Shown: piece by piece, positions 26,275 to 37,598 of the stretch
How the letters are laid out: each line of letters begins with the position of its first letter
Position numbering within the stretch: position 1 is the stretch's first letter
NCBI RefSeq assembly: GCF_041956535.1
Contig: NW_027192199.1
Location: forward strand, 310,001-374,000
Length of the DNA stretch: 64,000 bases
Origin: Calcarisporiella thermophila CBS 279.70
Lineage: Eukaryota; Fungi; Calcarisporiellomycota
Direction of reading: 5' to 3'
Made by a program: the position numbers and the translations under genes
Notes under the pieces: generated by a model
The model's database searches: none
What the model was told of the DNA's origin: nothing
Seen by the model: the letters and a program-made list of their open reading frames with translations, nothing else

Positions 26275-28147
26275 ATGGTAACATCGCATTGCTCGGAAAA
26301 TTTTATGTCGGATGATATTGAGAAGAATTTCTATTCACAAACCAATAGGTCAGAGCGAAGGTGCCTCCCAGTTGGGCATCGAAGTTAAGAAGGATGTAGA
26401 TTTTTCAAAATGGTACCAACAGGTATGAGTACATCTAGTTTTGCTATCTTATATTCTCGCCTTAATCCTATGGATCCATCCTCTTTGCTCTCTTCTTGAG
26501 AATAGGTGGTTACCCGTGGTGATATGATTGAATACTATGATGTTAGTGGATGTTACGTCCTTAGACCCTGGGCATATTATGTTTGGAAAGTCATTCAAGG
26601 TAAGCTCTTCATTCTAAGTAATACGTGCATCTATGTACTGACCACTAGTGAATAGGATGGTTTGATGCGGAAATCGAGAAATTGGGTGTTGAGGATGCTT
26701 ATTTCCCCATGTTTGTATCTAACCGTGCCCTCGAGAGAGAGAAGGACCACATTGAAGGATTTGCTCCAGAGGTTGCTTGGGTAACAAAATCGTAAGTGCA
26801 TTCGTTATCATCCGTTCACAGGAATTCCCATGATTAACCAAGGATTTTTTTTCCTCACCCTCGTTTCACTCTTCCCTCCCGCTCAATAGTGGCAGCTCTG
26901 ATTTGGAGGAACCTATTGCTATTCGCCCAACCTCTGAGACCGTCATGTACCCCTACTATGCGAAGTGGGTACGCAGTCATCGCGACTTGCCCCTCAAGCT
27001 CAACCAGTGGTGCTCGGTGGTACGCTGGGAGTTCAAACACCCGCAGCCCTTCCTGCGTACACGCGAATTCTTATGGCAAGAGGGCCACTGTGCTTATTTG
27101 ACCAAAGAAGAAGCCGATGCCGAGACCCGCGAAATTCTTGAACTCTACTACCAAGTATATAAGGACTTGCTGGCGGTGCCAGTGGTCAAGGGAATGAAGA
27201 CAAGCAAGGAGAAGTTTGCAGGGTCGCTTTACTCAACCACCGTGGAAGGATTTGTCCCCTCCACTGGTCGTGGTATCCAGGCCGGAACAAGTCATTGTTT
27301 GGGCCAAAACTTCAGTAAGATGTTCAACATCGTGGTGGAGGACCCCACTGCTCCCGCAAATGCTGGAGACGAGGCCAAGAAGCTGAATGTTTGGCAGACC
27401 AGCTGGGGTCTCTCCACTCGCACCATTGGTGTGATGGTCATGATCCACGGAGACGACAAAGGACTGGTGATGCCTCCCCGTGTCTCGAACATCCAGGTGA
27501 TCGTAGTACCCGTGGGCTTGACCGCTAAAGCGACCGATGAGGATCGCAAGGAAATCGAGGATGCTTGCAAGGGGGTCATTGCACGCCTCACCAAAGTTGG
27601 TGTGAGAGCAAAGGGCGATTTCCGCGAAAACTACACCCCTGGATACAAGTTCAATCACTGGGAGCTCCGCGGTGTCCCCGTGCGCCTCGAAATCGGCCCG
27701 AAGGATCTTAAGAAGGAGCAGACCTTATCGGTGCGACGCGACACTGGAGTGAAGGCTCCCATCGCCCTTGCCGATTTGGAGACCGCAATTCCGCAGCTTT
27801 TGGACACAATCCACAATGACATGTATGAGCGAGCTGTGGAATCGAGAGATGCTCACCTGAAGCGCATTGAAAAGTGGGAGGACTTCGTTCCTGCTCTCGA
27901 CTCAAAGAATATGTGCCTGATTCCCTTCTGTTTGCGCGAGGAGTGCGAGGATGACATCAAGAACTCGTCTTCCAAGGTGGAAGAGGAGGGAGCAGAGGTG
28001 GATGAGAAGGCGCCCGCCATGGGGGCCAAGTCCCTTTGCATTCCGTTCGAGCAGCCCAAGGAGAACCCACTCCAGCCCGGGGTTACAAAATGTATTAAGT
28101 GTGGACAAGATGCGCAGGCCTATACTCTATTTGGTAGGAGTTACTAG
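26275..28147 (+). CDS. Cytosolic prolyl-tRNA synthetase (eukaryote/archaeal type), 5 exons
   Basis: [72 protein letters not shown] and LFGRSY-stop. Confidence 0.96.
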
Positions 28148-28687
28148 ATGCAGTGCTATGCCTGATATGTTTAAGGTGTGCGTTTATATTCTTCGTTTTT
28201 TCGCTCTCTTCTTCTTAATACTTATAAAAGAAGTGTGGAAGTAGTCAACTGGGTTTTTTTTTCCTCTGTTTCTTTTTTGGTTTCCATTTGAAAGTATATT
28301 AGATAAATAAACTTGTTCTCTTTTTCAATTTAAGTTTCACAATGGCATTAATGGTGCCGGCATCAATTGATATTGTTTTTTCGTTATTTCGAACTTATTA
28401 GTTTTCGATGCACGCATTGCAGCTGGCCTGCAGAAAAGGAGGAAGAGGGAGAAGAGAGGGTGCAGCGAGGGCGGAAGATGGCCCACTCACGATGCGATCT
28501 TCCTTGGAGAAAAATGAACCGTGGCATTCAAACTCCGCGGTGGTTTAAGAGATATTAAAAATATCCACGGCCATTCTTCTTTAATTCTTTCTTTGTTCTC
28601 AGAGCCTTGCCTTTTCCCTTTATCTTCTGTTGACCGGCAGCATTGCGGCCCATTCTTTGTCAGTGGATGAAAAGGAAAGCGGTGGAC

Positions 28688-29180
28688 ATGGAGATTAACT
28701 GGTGTCTCTTCTGTGAAATTCGTACAAAAGTAAGTCAAAGGAGAACACCCCCTTCCTCTCCTTTCTCTCTTGTTTTCCCTTCTCCATCCAATCCCTTAAT
28801 CAATATACCCATTTGTCCAATTCATTCCCCACCCTACTTATATTGTTTCACTACGTCCTATCCTACACGCGCACCCTCTCCCCATTCCCCTTTCCCTTCA
28901 CTTTATAAGCAAAAAAAGAAACAATTACAGTCTCCAAATAATAACGAAATTTTTTCGCAAATAGGGATCCGCCTATTGCAGCGCTGCTTGCCACTTTCGT
29001 GATCGCATGTCCATAAAAACTTTCCCCATGCTCGCACATCCCAATCTGGAGCCCAACAAACCCAATTCGAACATGACTTCTCTGACCATACCAAAACTCC
29101 TTCCCCGCCACATGCGGCGCGTGTCGATGCCGAAGCCGGGTATGGCACCTTGCCGAATCAATTCAGCAGTGATGAATTAG
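28688..29180 (+). CDS. Ecl1-family (extender of chronological lifespan) small Cys-motif protein, about 85 aa; intron 28730-28964
   Basis: Splicing gives MEINWCLFCEIRTK-GSAYCSAACHFRD (CxxC...YCSxxC..D), followed by a low-complexity tail and a stop at 29180. Confidence 0.8.
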
Positions 29181-29600
29181 AATAGACAAGGAGTCTGCAT
29201 GGATTCCAAATGAAAGAAGGCGATGCGAGCGGTGTCACAGGTGGCAAGTTATGGGGCGGCATAGAGAAAAACAATGGACATTAGTAAATCCTATCTCATC
29301 TATATATTCAACTTAAAAGCGATCCCTTATATATTTACACGCATTCGACAATTAGAGAAAAAAAAAGCAACGTTTACTATCCATATTTAATTCAAAATCT
29401 GTTTAGCTTTGTATATGATTATGAATAAATACGCTTTCGCATGCTTCCCATTTTTAAATTGCGGCATATATTATAAAAAAAAGTGGAGAGAAAACTTACA
29501 ATTAATAAAAATACTCAGGCAAAATAAAAAAATCCTACACCCGCTCTCCTCCAGCACTGTTAAAGCACAAGAATAAATGAAAGGGAAAGGAGTTCCAGAA

Positions 29601-31000
29601 TTATCGTACGCTTACAAACGCCAACCCTCTCCGTACCTGACTCTCCACTTCTTCTTCATTTTTTTCTTCCGACTTTTCTGATCTACTTTTTCGCGCTCTC
29701 CTTTCTCTCTCGCCGTGACTTGATTCTACCCGCCCCTTCGCCGTTTCCTCCGTCTCTTCCTCCTCCTCCCCAGACCCAGAGGCAGAATCCGATGCAGATC
29801 CTTCCAAAGAGGAGGAGAGGGTCGATCCCGGTGAGCGTCTTCTTTCTTCTTCCCTCCCTGATGGAAAATTGGCGGCGAAACTATTCAGGCGCTGGATCAT
29901 CCGCTGATCGTAATCGCAGCGTAGCCGCTTTTCCGCAGGCATTCCCGCAAATCTTGCCATATCGAAACCGTCGTGTGAACGGCGATGGGGTGGAGGCGGC
30001 GGATGGGGGGCATGGGGTGTGGGGCGGGGTATCATATCCTCGGCCAGAGCGGCGGCGGCTAGAAGAGTTGAGACTCCAGAGGTTATCTGTGGAGGGGATG
30101 GGTACGAGGTTCTGGAATGAGGAGAGGGGGGATGGAGCATATTGCCAAAGGATGCAGACGGGACATGCGGTGCAGGGGTGGACTGTGCGGTAGGAGGTGA
30201 AATGGATAAGGTGGGGGGTGCGGTGGTGGGCGTGGGGATGCTGGAGGCTGTGGCTGGGATGGCCGAGGCTTTGGATTGTGGGTTTGGATGTGGCGGGGAA
30301 TCATCTCTGGTGGCCGTGGAGGTCGCGCTCATAGAGGCAGAGGATTTGGGGAGGGGCGGAAGGGCTTGTGAGTGGACGCGCTCGTGTTTCTTCAAATCTA
30401 ATAGAGAGGCGTTAGAGAGTTGCGCTGACACCTCCTTAAAAATAAAACGGGAATACCTTGTGGTCGCTTGAAGGTCTTTCCACAGAACCTGCATCCATGT
30501 GGTTTCGATGGGATATGAACACGCAAGTGAGACGTCTAACGGCAAAACAGGTGAGGGGAGTTGTAAGAAAAACAACCTTAGAAATGAGAAGCTTGAGGAT
30601 CGAGTTGCAATTACCAAGTGATCGCGCTTGACTGTGGATACATCGCACCCGTCCCATTTACCTTGAAAAGAAAAATAGAAGAGTCATTTAAACATAAATA
30701 CCGACTATCCTAAGTCCGCCAGCCATCTTACAGGTCAAACATAGGTTATTGGTTGATTTTCTACCGATATGATCATCGCACACCTAGCACCAAAAGGTCC
30801 GTTTACTACAGACTACAAGCCAGAGGGAGATTAGGGGGGAAGCAGCTTACATGTTGGTAGAGCGTCTCGGCCTCCCCGCCGGGGAACATGCGCCCGCAAT
30901 CCTTCCAAAGACATACGAGCGGCCGCCCCGGGTCATCCGGCGATTTTGCCTTATCGTCGCCCTTGTAGACATACTCCCGAGTCCAAAAACTATGATGCAT
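29601..31000 (-). CDS. pacC: PacC/Rim101-family three-C2H2 zinc-finger transcription factor
   Basis: Spliced fingers: CLWKDC...[27 protein letters not shown]...[40 protein letters not shown]. Confidence 0.9.
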
Positions 31001-32020
31001 TCGTTCTCTCAGAATGGATCGCAAAGGATAAAATAGTTACAGGTGGAAGTACTAAAGCGTTGTCAAGTAGAAGGAGAACTTCGCAAAAACAAGGGATAAA
31101 ATAAAGCATGTAGGCGACGTGAAAGAATCCTGGCTCTCTTTTTTTTTTCTCAGCTGAATTAATCCTCTTCACACATGCGCTTTCTCGCTATACTATTATA
31201 ATCTCGTCTCAATAGGGCTGCCAAGAATCCAGTAAATACACTAATAAGATTAGTCGTATTTTTTTTTTTTCGACACCTGAAAATACGAAGCTTTGCTGGC
31301 TTGATTAGTGTTGCCTTTCTTCAACGATAAAGAAAAAATAGGACTAAGAATGAGAGGCCAATATAGAAAGGACTATATGGAGGGGGTTGCCAAAAGATTA
31401 ATAGCAGCTATGAGAAACATCATCAAAAGAAAAAAAAAGAGAACATAACTTGGCAAATATTTCCATTGAACTCTTCTCTGCAGAACCCAATTTGGCCAAT
31501 GACAAGCGAGGTTCATTAGATACACAAGGGGCTTACACACTGTCCACGCACACATCCTCGTTTCAAATAAGGGAGCTCTTGTTCCGTGACTTGCCTTAAA
31601 ATCTTGCGAGCCCATGCCAAGGATTCTGTCTATTTTGCTTAGTGCGGGCCACGAGAGATCGACCGATTCCGCTCGCCGGAGCGTGTGATCATCTGGGGCC
31701 GGCCTAGGCCATTTGGGCCTTCAGCCCGCGCAGGCAACGCTTCTTCCCGCGCTCCTCGCTAACACCAGTCTGATAGTGTTAGCTCCCCTGATAATGAGTC
31801 AGCAAGAAATAGCAAATAATATACAGCTGAATCGCGCTTGAAACCTTATTTGAGGGTGGGCAATTTTGCGAGGGATTGCATTTCTATACGGATATTTTGC
31901 GTCCCATATCCCCGAGGATCTTATCCTGGCATCGGATAAAAAACCTCGCCGCCTTACTCTCCCTGATACTAACATCAAAACCGTTATCCACCGGCCCAAC
32001 GGCTCATAGCTAGCTCCCAG

Positions 32021-32870
32021 ATGAATGTCCGCCAGGAGCAACCTCTTCCAACGCTGTCGCAGCTCCTTTTCAAACACGCCCAGCCGCCATTTTGCATTTA
32101 CACCTTTCTCAGGTTCCTTGAGCGCTGCCACCCGGAGCACGTCAATGATCTTCTTTTCTGGCTTCACGCCCGCGAGCATCACTTGCTCTGCCACACCAAG
32201 AAGAGGAAGAAAAAGCCTCTGCTAGACGCTCGCGCCTCAGCAGAGCGCATCTATTCCGTGTACTTCTCCTCCGGCGCCGTAAAAAAGCTCGCACTTCCCT
32301 CGCACATCGAGGCGGAAATCAAGGTGACATTGGAGACCAATATTCTCGGTCGCGAGGATCTCTTCCAACAGGCCCAGCAATGGATAGAGCAAACCCGACT
32401 TGCTGGCGTATATCCGGAGTTTCTTCGCTGGTGCACCCGCTGCAACCTTGCCGGTCAGGAGGGCTTGCGTATCATCATCGGGCTGCTTGCGCTCTTTTTC
32501 GGGTTTTCGATGGAGTTTAGCTGCATCCTTCTGGATGCTAAACCTTGGGAGAATCGCTTGTGGGTAAGTGGCTTCAGTTCTTCTATTTCTCTTATGGCGG
32601 TGAAGTTTGCTTAATCCCGTATTTTGCAAGGGCTTCATTCCGTTAACCGTCGGCATCTATTCCCTAGTCACCGGTATCCTTCAGCTCTGCCCTCTACTGG
32701 TCCTTGTCGCCAACTCCTACGAAACCACGTTCTTTACTCTCTCAAAAATTCAAGACTCGAACATTCGTCGAAGACTTGTTCAGAGGTCAATAGTGACATT
32801 GTCCGCTTGTTTGCTGGCCATTGCTGTTCTGTTCACTATATTTAGTCTAATACCTGGAAAGAGGATATAG
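32021..32870 (+). CDS. Rax1-like RGS-domain membrane protein
   Basis: LPTLSQLLFKHAQPPFCIYTF, LLFWL and ASAERIYSVYF (RGS-like), three hydrophobic segments and C-terminal IPGKRI. Confidence 0.85.
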
Positions 32871-33041
32871 CACTGGCTACATCCTCTTTCTAGCTATGAA
32901 TGTACATTTTATTGTATTCTGCTAGCTTGTTGTATCAATAAGAAGTGTATCAACTGCCATTATTTCACTTAACAGTCACACAGCATTTATGAAAAAAGCA
33001 AATCAACCTCACGTATTTCGCCATTCAGTGAGATCTTATCG

Positions 33042-34057
33042 ATGAATGTGATGAATCCCTCTGATTCCTCGAAATTAATCGACTATCTCCAGCAGAATCT
33101 CGAATTCATACCCTTCAAGTCCCTCCGAGAACATGAGGTTGAGCTGACTTCAAACGAAAAGCTCGAGCAAATGGGTGACATTCTCCACCGTGATCCAGGT
33201 CTGTTTCTGGAACGGTGGGGTAGATATTTACCAAGAGAAGAGCTCTCCAGATTCGAATGCATGAGAGGTGTTTGTTGCGTTTTTCTGTTTCTGGCACTGT
33301 TAGTTCTAGACTCTAATCTCTTGCAATATTAGATAACTATGAAGTCAATTTTCACCTAAACTCCCTCGCTTCTCCACCCTCCACCTCTCCAAAAAAATCT
33401 TCCTTATCTAGAAATCGCCGTCTTGCATACCTTCAACACCTCCGCCGCACTGAATATTTCTCAGACGAGGAGATGCGATATAGACAGCCAAGTCTATATA
33501 ATGATTTCATAGGCCGCCACGTCCCCCCACTAAGCGCCTTCCCGATGGAAATGGGTTTGGTAGACCGGATATACTCAAATATCGATTCAGCCGAAGCTGA
33601 GGAGAGAAGAAAGTGGCAAGAGGAGGCAGAAGAGGAGGTAGAGGAGGAGGTAGAGGAGGAGGAAGAGGAAGAAGATGCGGCGAAGGAATATGGGGTAATG
33701 TTGGATGAGGACGGTATGGATTTAAGTAAGGAAAGCGGTAGAGAATTTGCAGAAGAAGAGAAAGAGTTGACTGCTGAAGAAAGAGACGACCTGCGAAGAG
33801 AATTTGTGCGCATTATGGAGGAAAATTTCTTGGATGGGAAAGATGTAAGCCAGTAGTGAACGATTCAATTAGCTGTTATAAGCTGATGTAGATGGATTAT
33901 TTTAATGCCTTAGGAGTTCGACTACGATGCAATAGACAACGATCCGTCCCTTGACGATTACGACCAAATGGAACGGGATCTGCAAGACGTCTACTTTGAT
34001 GAAGAGGAGGCTAATGACGGCGAGGGCCAAGAGGAGACTGGCGAGCTTGACTATTAA
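33042..34057 (+). CDS. CCDC97 (DUF2052) family protein, 3 exons
   Basis: DPGLFLERWG, RNRRLAYL, YFSDEEMRYRQPSLY, FVRIMEENFLDGKD-EFDYDAIDND and ERDLQDVYFDEE. Confidence 0.88.
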
Positions 34058-34325
34058 TTCTGTATATTTTTTCAACTTTAATCATAGTTAGTTTATATCA
34101 TTTACAATAACATAAAAAGAACAACCTAAAATATCATGAAATAATGGTTCATCGTGGTAGGTAAAAGAAAAGAAAGAGGAAAAAATGGCATTATATAAAG
34201 AGAAGAGGAAAAAAAACGTGGAATATAGCAGAAACTCTAAAATTACGATTAATATTAATGAATATAATGCTATTAAAAATCAAGGCCCAATAACGCATCT
34301 GATAAGAGTGAACATGAAATAATTT

Positions 34326-35716
34326 TTAGTCCGCTTTTTTATTGCCATTGGCGTGTCCATTTTCGTATTTCTTGCCCTCACTGGATTAAAAAAAAATTGA
34401 TCACCCCAAGATCAGCAAAAGTAAGCATCACACCATAGTAAAATAGAAAACTCACTCCTCATCATCGCTTCGGTCGTCCTTCAGCTCCTTTCCACGCAGT
34501 GTCCGGTAGGCAATCCGGAACATCAGGTACGTCCAGAATATGTTTAACACGTACAGTCCTAATAACAGGGTGAAGATGATGTAGGGCACAAACCACGGGC
34601 ACCACCAGCCCGTCGAGGGCTTGAGGTGCATATTGGGTATATATTTAAACGAGTCAACCAGTGTAGAGTACATGAAGCCCGTGTAAACGTAGAGTCGGGA
34701 ATAGGTCCAACAAACAAGCAGGAACGCGAAGACGATATTAGAGGCGGTTTCAAACTTTAGATAGTAGAGACACTTGGCCAACTAAGCGATGAAGGATAGA
34801 AACGCACGTGAGCATGATTTTGCTTAAAAGATGCATGGGAGTGCATGCTTGCTAAATATTACCGCAAGAAAGATGTCCGCAAAATCCATCGAGCAGAACA
34901 CGGCGTTCCCAATCCGCGTGAAGTTACAGCAATAGCTGGCGAAGATTAGTACGCAGGTATTCACATGGTGCATCACGAGTTCGCGGTAATCTTTGCGTGG
35001 ATCCTCGATTTGTAGCACGAAGAACTGGTGGATCCAGAACGAGAACTGGAGGAGGTAATAATATTTGAAGAGCGCGGTGAAATGTAGGTGTGGATATCCT
35101 AGCCAGAAGTGCTTAAAGTCGAACCAGTACTCGCTACCAGATGCTATATACTTTTTTTAAAAAAAAGAGAAATTCATATTAGCTCCCTCCCCACCGCACG
35201 AAAAGCAAAGAAATGTGCTTACAATTCCCACTGAGAAAGCGGTTGAATAGTAGAGACATGCCCATCCTTGTTCACAAAATCTTGTTATCTCGCGTTTCTT
35301 CACGATTCCGGCCGCACTTGCAACAGGCCGAAGAATGTATCGAATTACTATGGCACGCAGGGCCGTAAAGAATAAGGCGTAAAAAGTCAAGAAGATAGTA
35401 TCGAGCCAGCCTTTGCCGTAGGTGCCGTCCGGATGTTGGTAGGCAATAAAGAGAAAACGCCATGTCCCAGGAACTCCAGCAAGATAGGCAATGATGATGG
35501 CAGTCATGATATAGATCGGGAGACCTGGGAGGGAACGAGGAGAAGCAAGCAAGCCCCTGAATTAGTATGCAATTGACAGCTGTGAAACTAAAAATGAAAC
35601 TCACTGATCTGATGACGCTCCAGGTAAGTGATGAAACCATTTTCCCGCCGGTGGAGACTGTGTTTCTTGGATCGGGGGGGTACCTTCACCGGATGTTGGT
35701 CAGTTGCGGCAGACAT
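34326..35716 (-). CDS. Ceramide synthase (Lag1/Lac1, TLC domain), multi-exon
   Basis: RFCEQGW, the Lag1p motif EDPRKDYRELVMHH, RIGNAVFCSMDFAD and DDRSDDE; ends KKAD (KKxx ER-retrieval signal). Confidence 0.95.
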
Positions 35717-36047
35717 CAGTAACGATGTAGATTCAAATGCGAAGACGAAAACAAAGAGAAAGGGAATTCTAAAAAGCTTTGCGACCGTTCTTAAATTTTA
35801 TATTTTTCCTTAATATTTTTTATTTTTCCTTTTGGCGAACCAGTTAATGAGGTTCGGAGGGTTCGGAGCAGGGAAAAATTTACCAACTGGATTGAGCAGA
35901 GTTCCGAGTGGAACCCATATGAATATTTGGTTCAAGATTTATTAATTCTTTAAAAATTCGACGAGAAGGCAAAATAACAACCACAACAAAATATGAAAAC
36001 AGGAGAAATGCGAAATAATACATATCCATAAGACAACAACGAACTTC

Positions 36048-37336
36048 TTAGTGGAATCCGCCACCCTTTCGACCGCTAACTTTCGTCTGCCTTCCATACC
36101 GTGTGATGCGTGCGTGCCTGAAGCGTTTTTGCGCCACGGCTACCGTTGGAGGAGAAGAAGGTGGAGGCGAGCTTGGCCCAATATACTCCCTATTATGGAT
36201 AGAAAATTACGTTGATATCAGAAGAAGAGTGGCGCATGTTATAGATAACAATACATACGATTGAGACTTTTGTGAGATATCGGCGGTAGAGATTTCTGGT
36301 TGCTGATCTATATTAGTAAGGCAAATTGATGGCATGGGCACAGGAGTTTTCTCTCCTTTCGCTGCGAGAAGGGCAGAAAGCAGGCTGCGGGGTTTAATGC
36401 TCTCCTGGAAAGGACTAAAATATCGAATATGATCAATTATTAGGAGAGAAAGGGATGGCTGAAGTGTAATCTATCCGCCATTTTACCTAGTGTCACTGCC
36501 GAACAACGCTTCTTCACTAACAGGATACCGTTTGCCTCGGAACACGACTCCAAAGTCTTTACCGGACTTGAGGTTTGAGACGGAACGCTCACGCTCTATT
36601 CGGCCAGATGTCGACACAAGAAATGGATTCTCAGGTGAGTCCTCAGGACATACCAGCTCCTTCTCTCTCGTTCCCATTTTTTCAGCAGAAGAGGCATGGT
36701 TCTGTCTCTGGCTCAAACTGGAACCCGAGGCGGTTACATAGGATGCAGACGTCGAATTGGAAGTCGAGGTGGAGGTGGATAGAGTAGTTGAATGAGTGAG
36801 ATACGGTTTCTTACAAGGGGGGTCATTTGTCGCTACAAAATTCATTCTGCGCTTGCGGTCATTTCTTGTATTGGTGTGGACATTATTGCTGACATTAGTA
36901 GTCGGCCAAAGTTGCCGGGGCTTGCATGTTAATTCTTCATCGCGGAAATCAATCGCCTCTATTCTCTTTCCTCGACTATATATGGTTACCAAATAAAAAA
37001 AATTAAACCGAATGCTACGATAAATAGAGATATACCAACTTACAAAACATAAATTAATCGTCCATTTTCATGTGCCTCTATTGCCCTGCACTTTTCTCTC
37101 TCCCTCTCCTCCTCTCTTGTGTTTGCTTCGCTTCCCCCTCTACCCCAACTATTGCATTCTGTTCCAAAAGGATCTGAAATTTCCGTGCTCTCTACTATAA
37201 CAGGGCTTAACTTATTTACGCATTCTTTACCACCTTCATCCACTTGCAGTGGGGAAGACGGTTCCGGGGAGGGTATTGAGGTCTCGACAAGCGATTTAAC
37301 TTTGCCTTTTTTGTTGGATTTAAAATAGGAGAGCAT
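36048..37336 (-). CDS. Putative Rum1/Sic1-like CDK inhibitor with two copies of the (D/N)PF...VFRGKR...KPRxL motif, 4 exons
   Basis: Splicing restores SDPF...LIYVF-RGKRIEAIDF...KPRQLWP and ENPFL...GVVFRGKRYPV...IKPRSLL. S/T-P-rich and disordered. The 5' end may extend further upstream. Confidence 0.65.
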
Positions 37337-37522
37337 CGTAGGATTAGAACAGTAATGAAAGGCTCTCCCGCCCTGCGATATATTCCAATGTGTGAATAAA
37401 GGATAAATATAAATTAGGGGGGAAGCCCTCTGGTGGGTCTAGATAATTTATGATTCTATTGATTTGATTGCAATCAATACAGTCAAAAAGAAAAAAGGCG
37501 AAAATTTTTTATCGGGAACTAA

Positions 37523-37538
37523 ACGCGTCGTGACGCGT
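37523..37538. promoter_or_regulatory. Twin MluI cell-cycle boxes (MCB, ACGCGT)
   Basis: ACGCGT at 37523-37528 and 37533-37538 in AT-rich DNA, about 190 bp upstream of the 37336 ATG. Confidence 0.7.
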
Positions 37539-37598
37539 TCGACTTAAACCAAAATTTAATAAATTAAAATTGTTGAGGGCTGGTTTAATTTATTTGCT

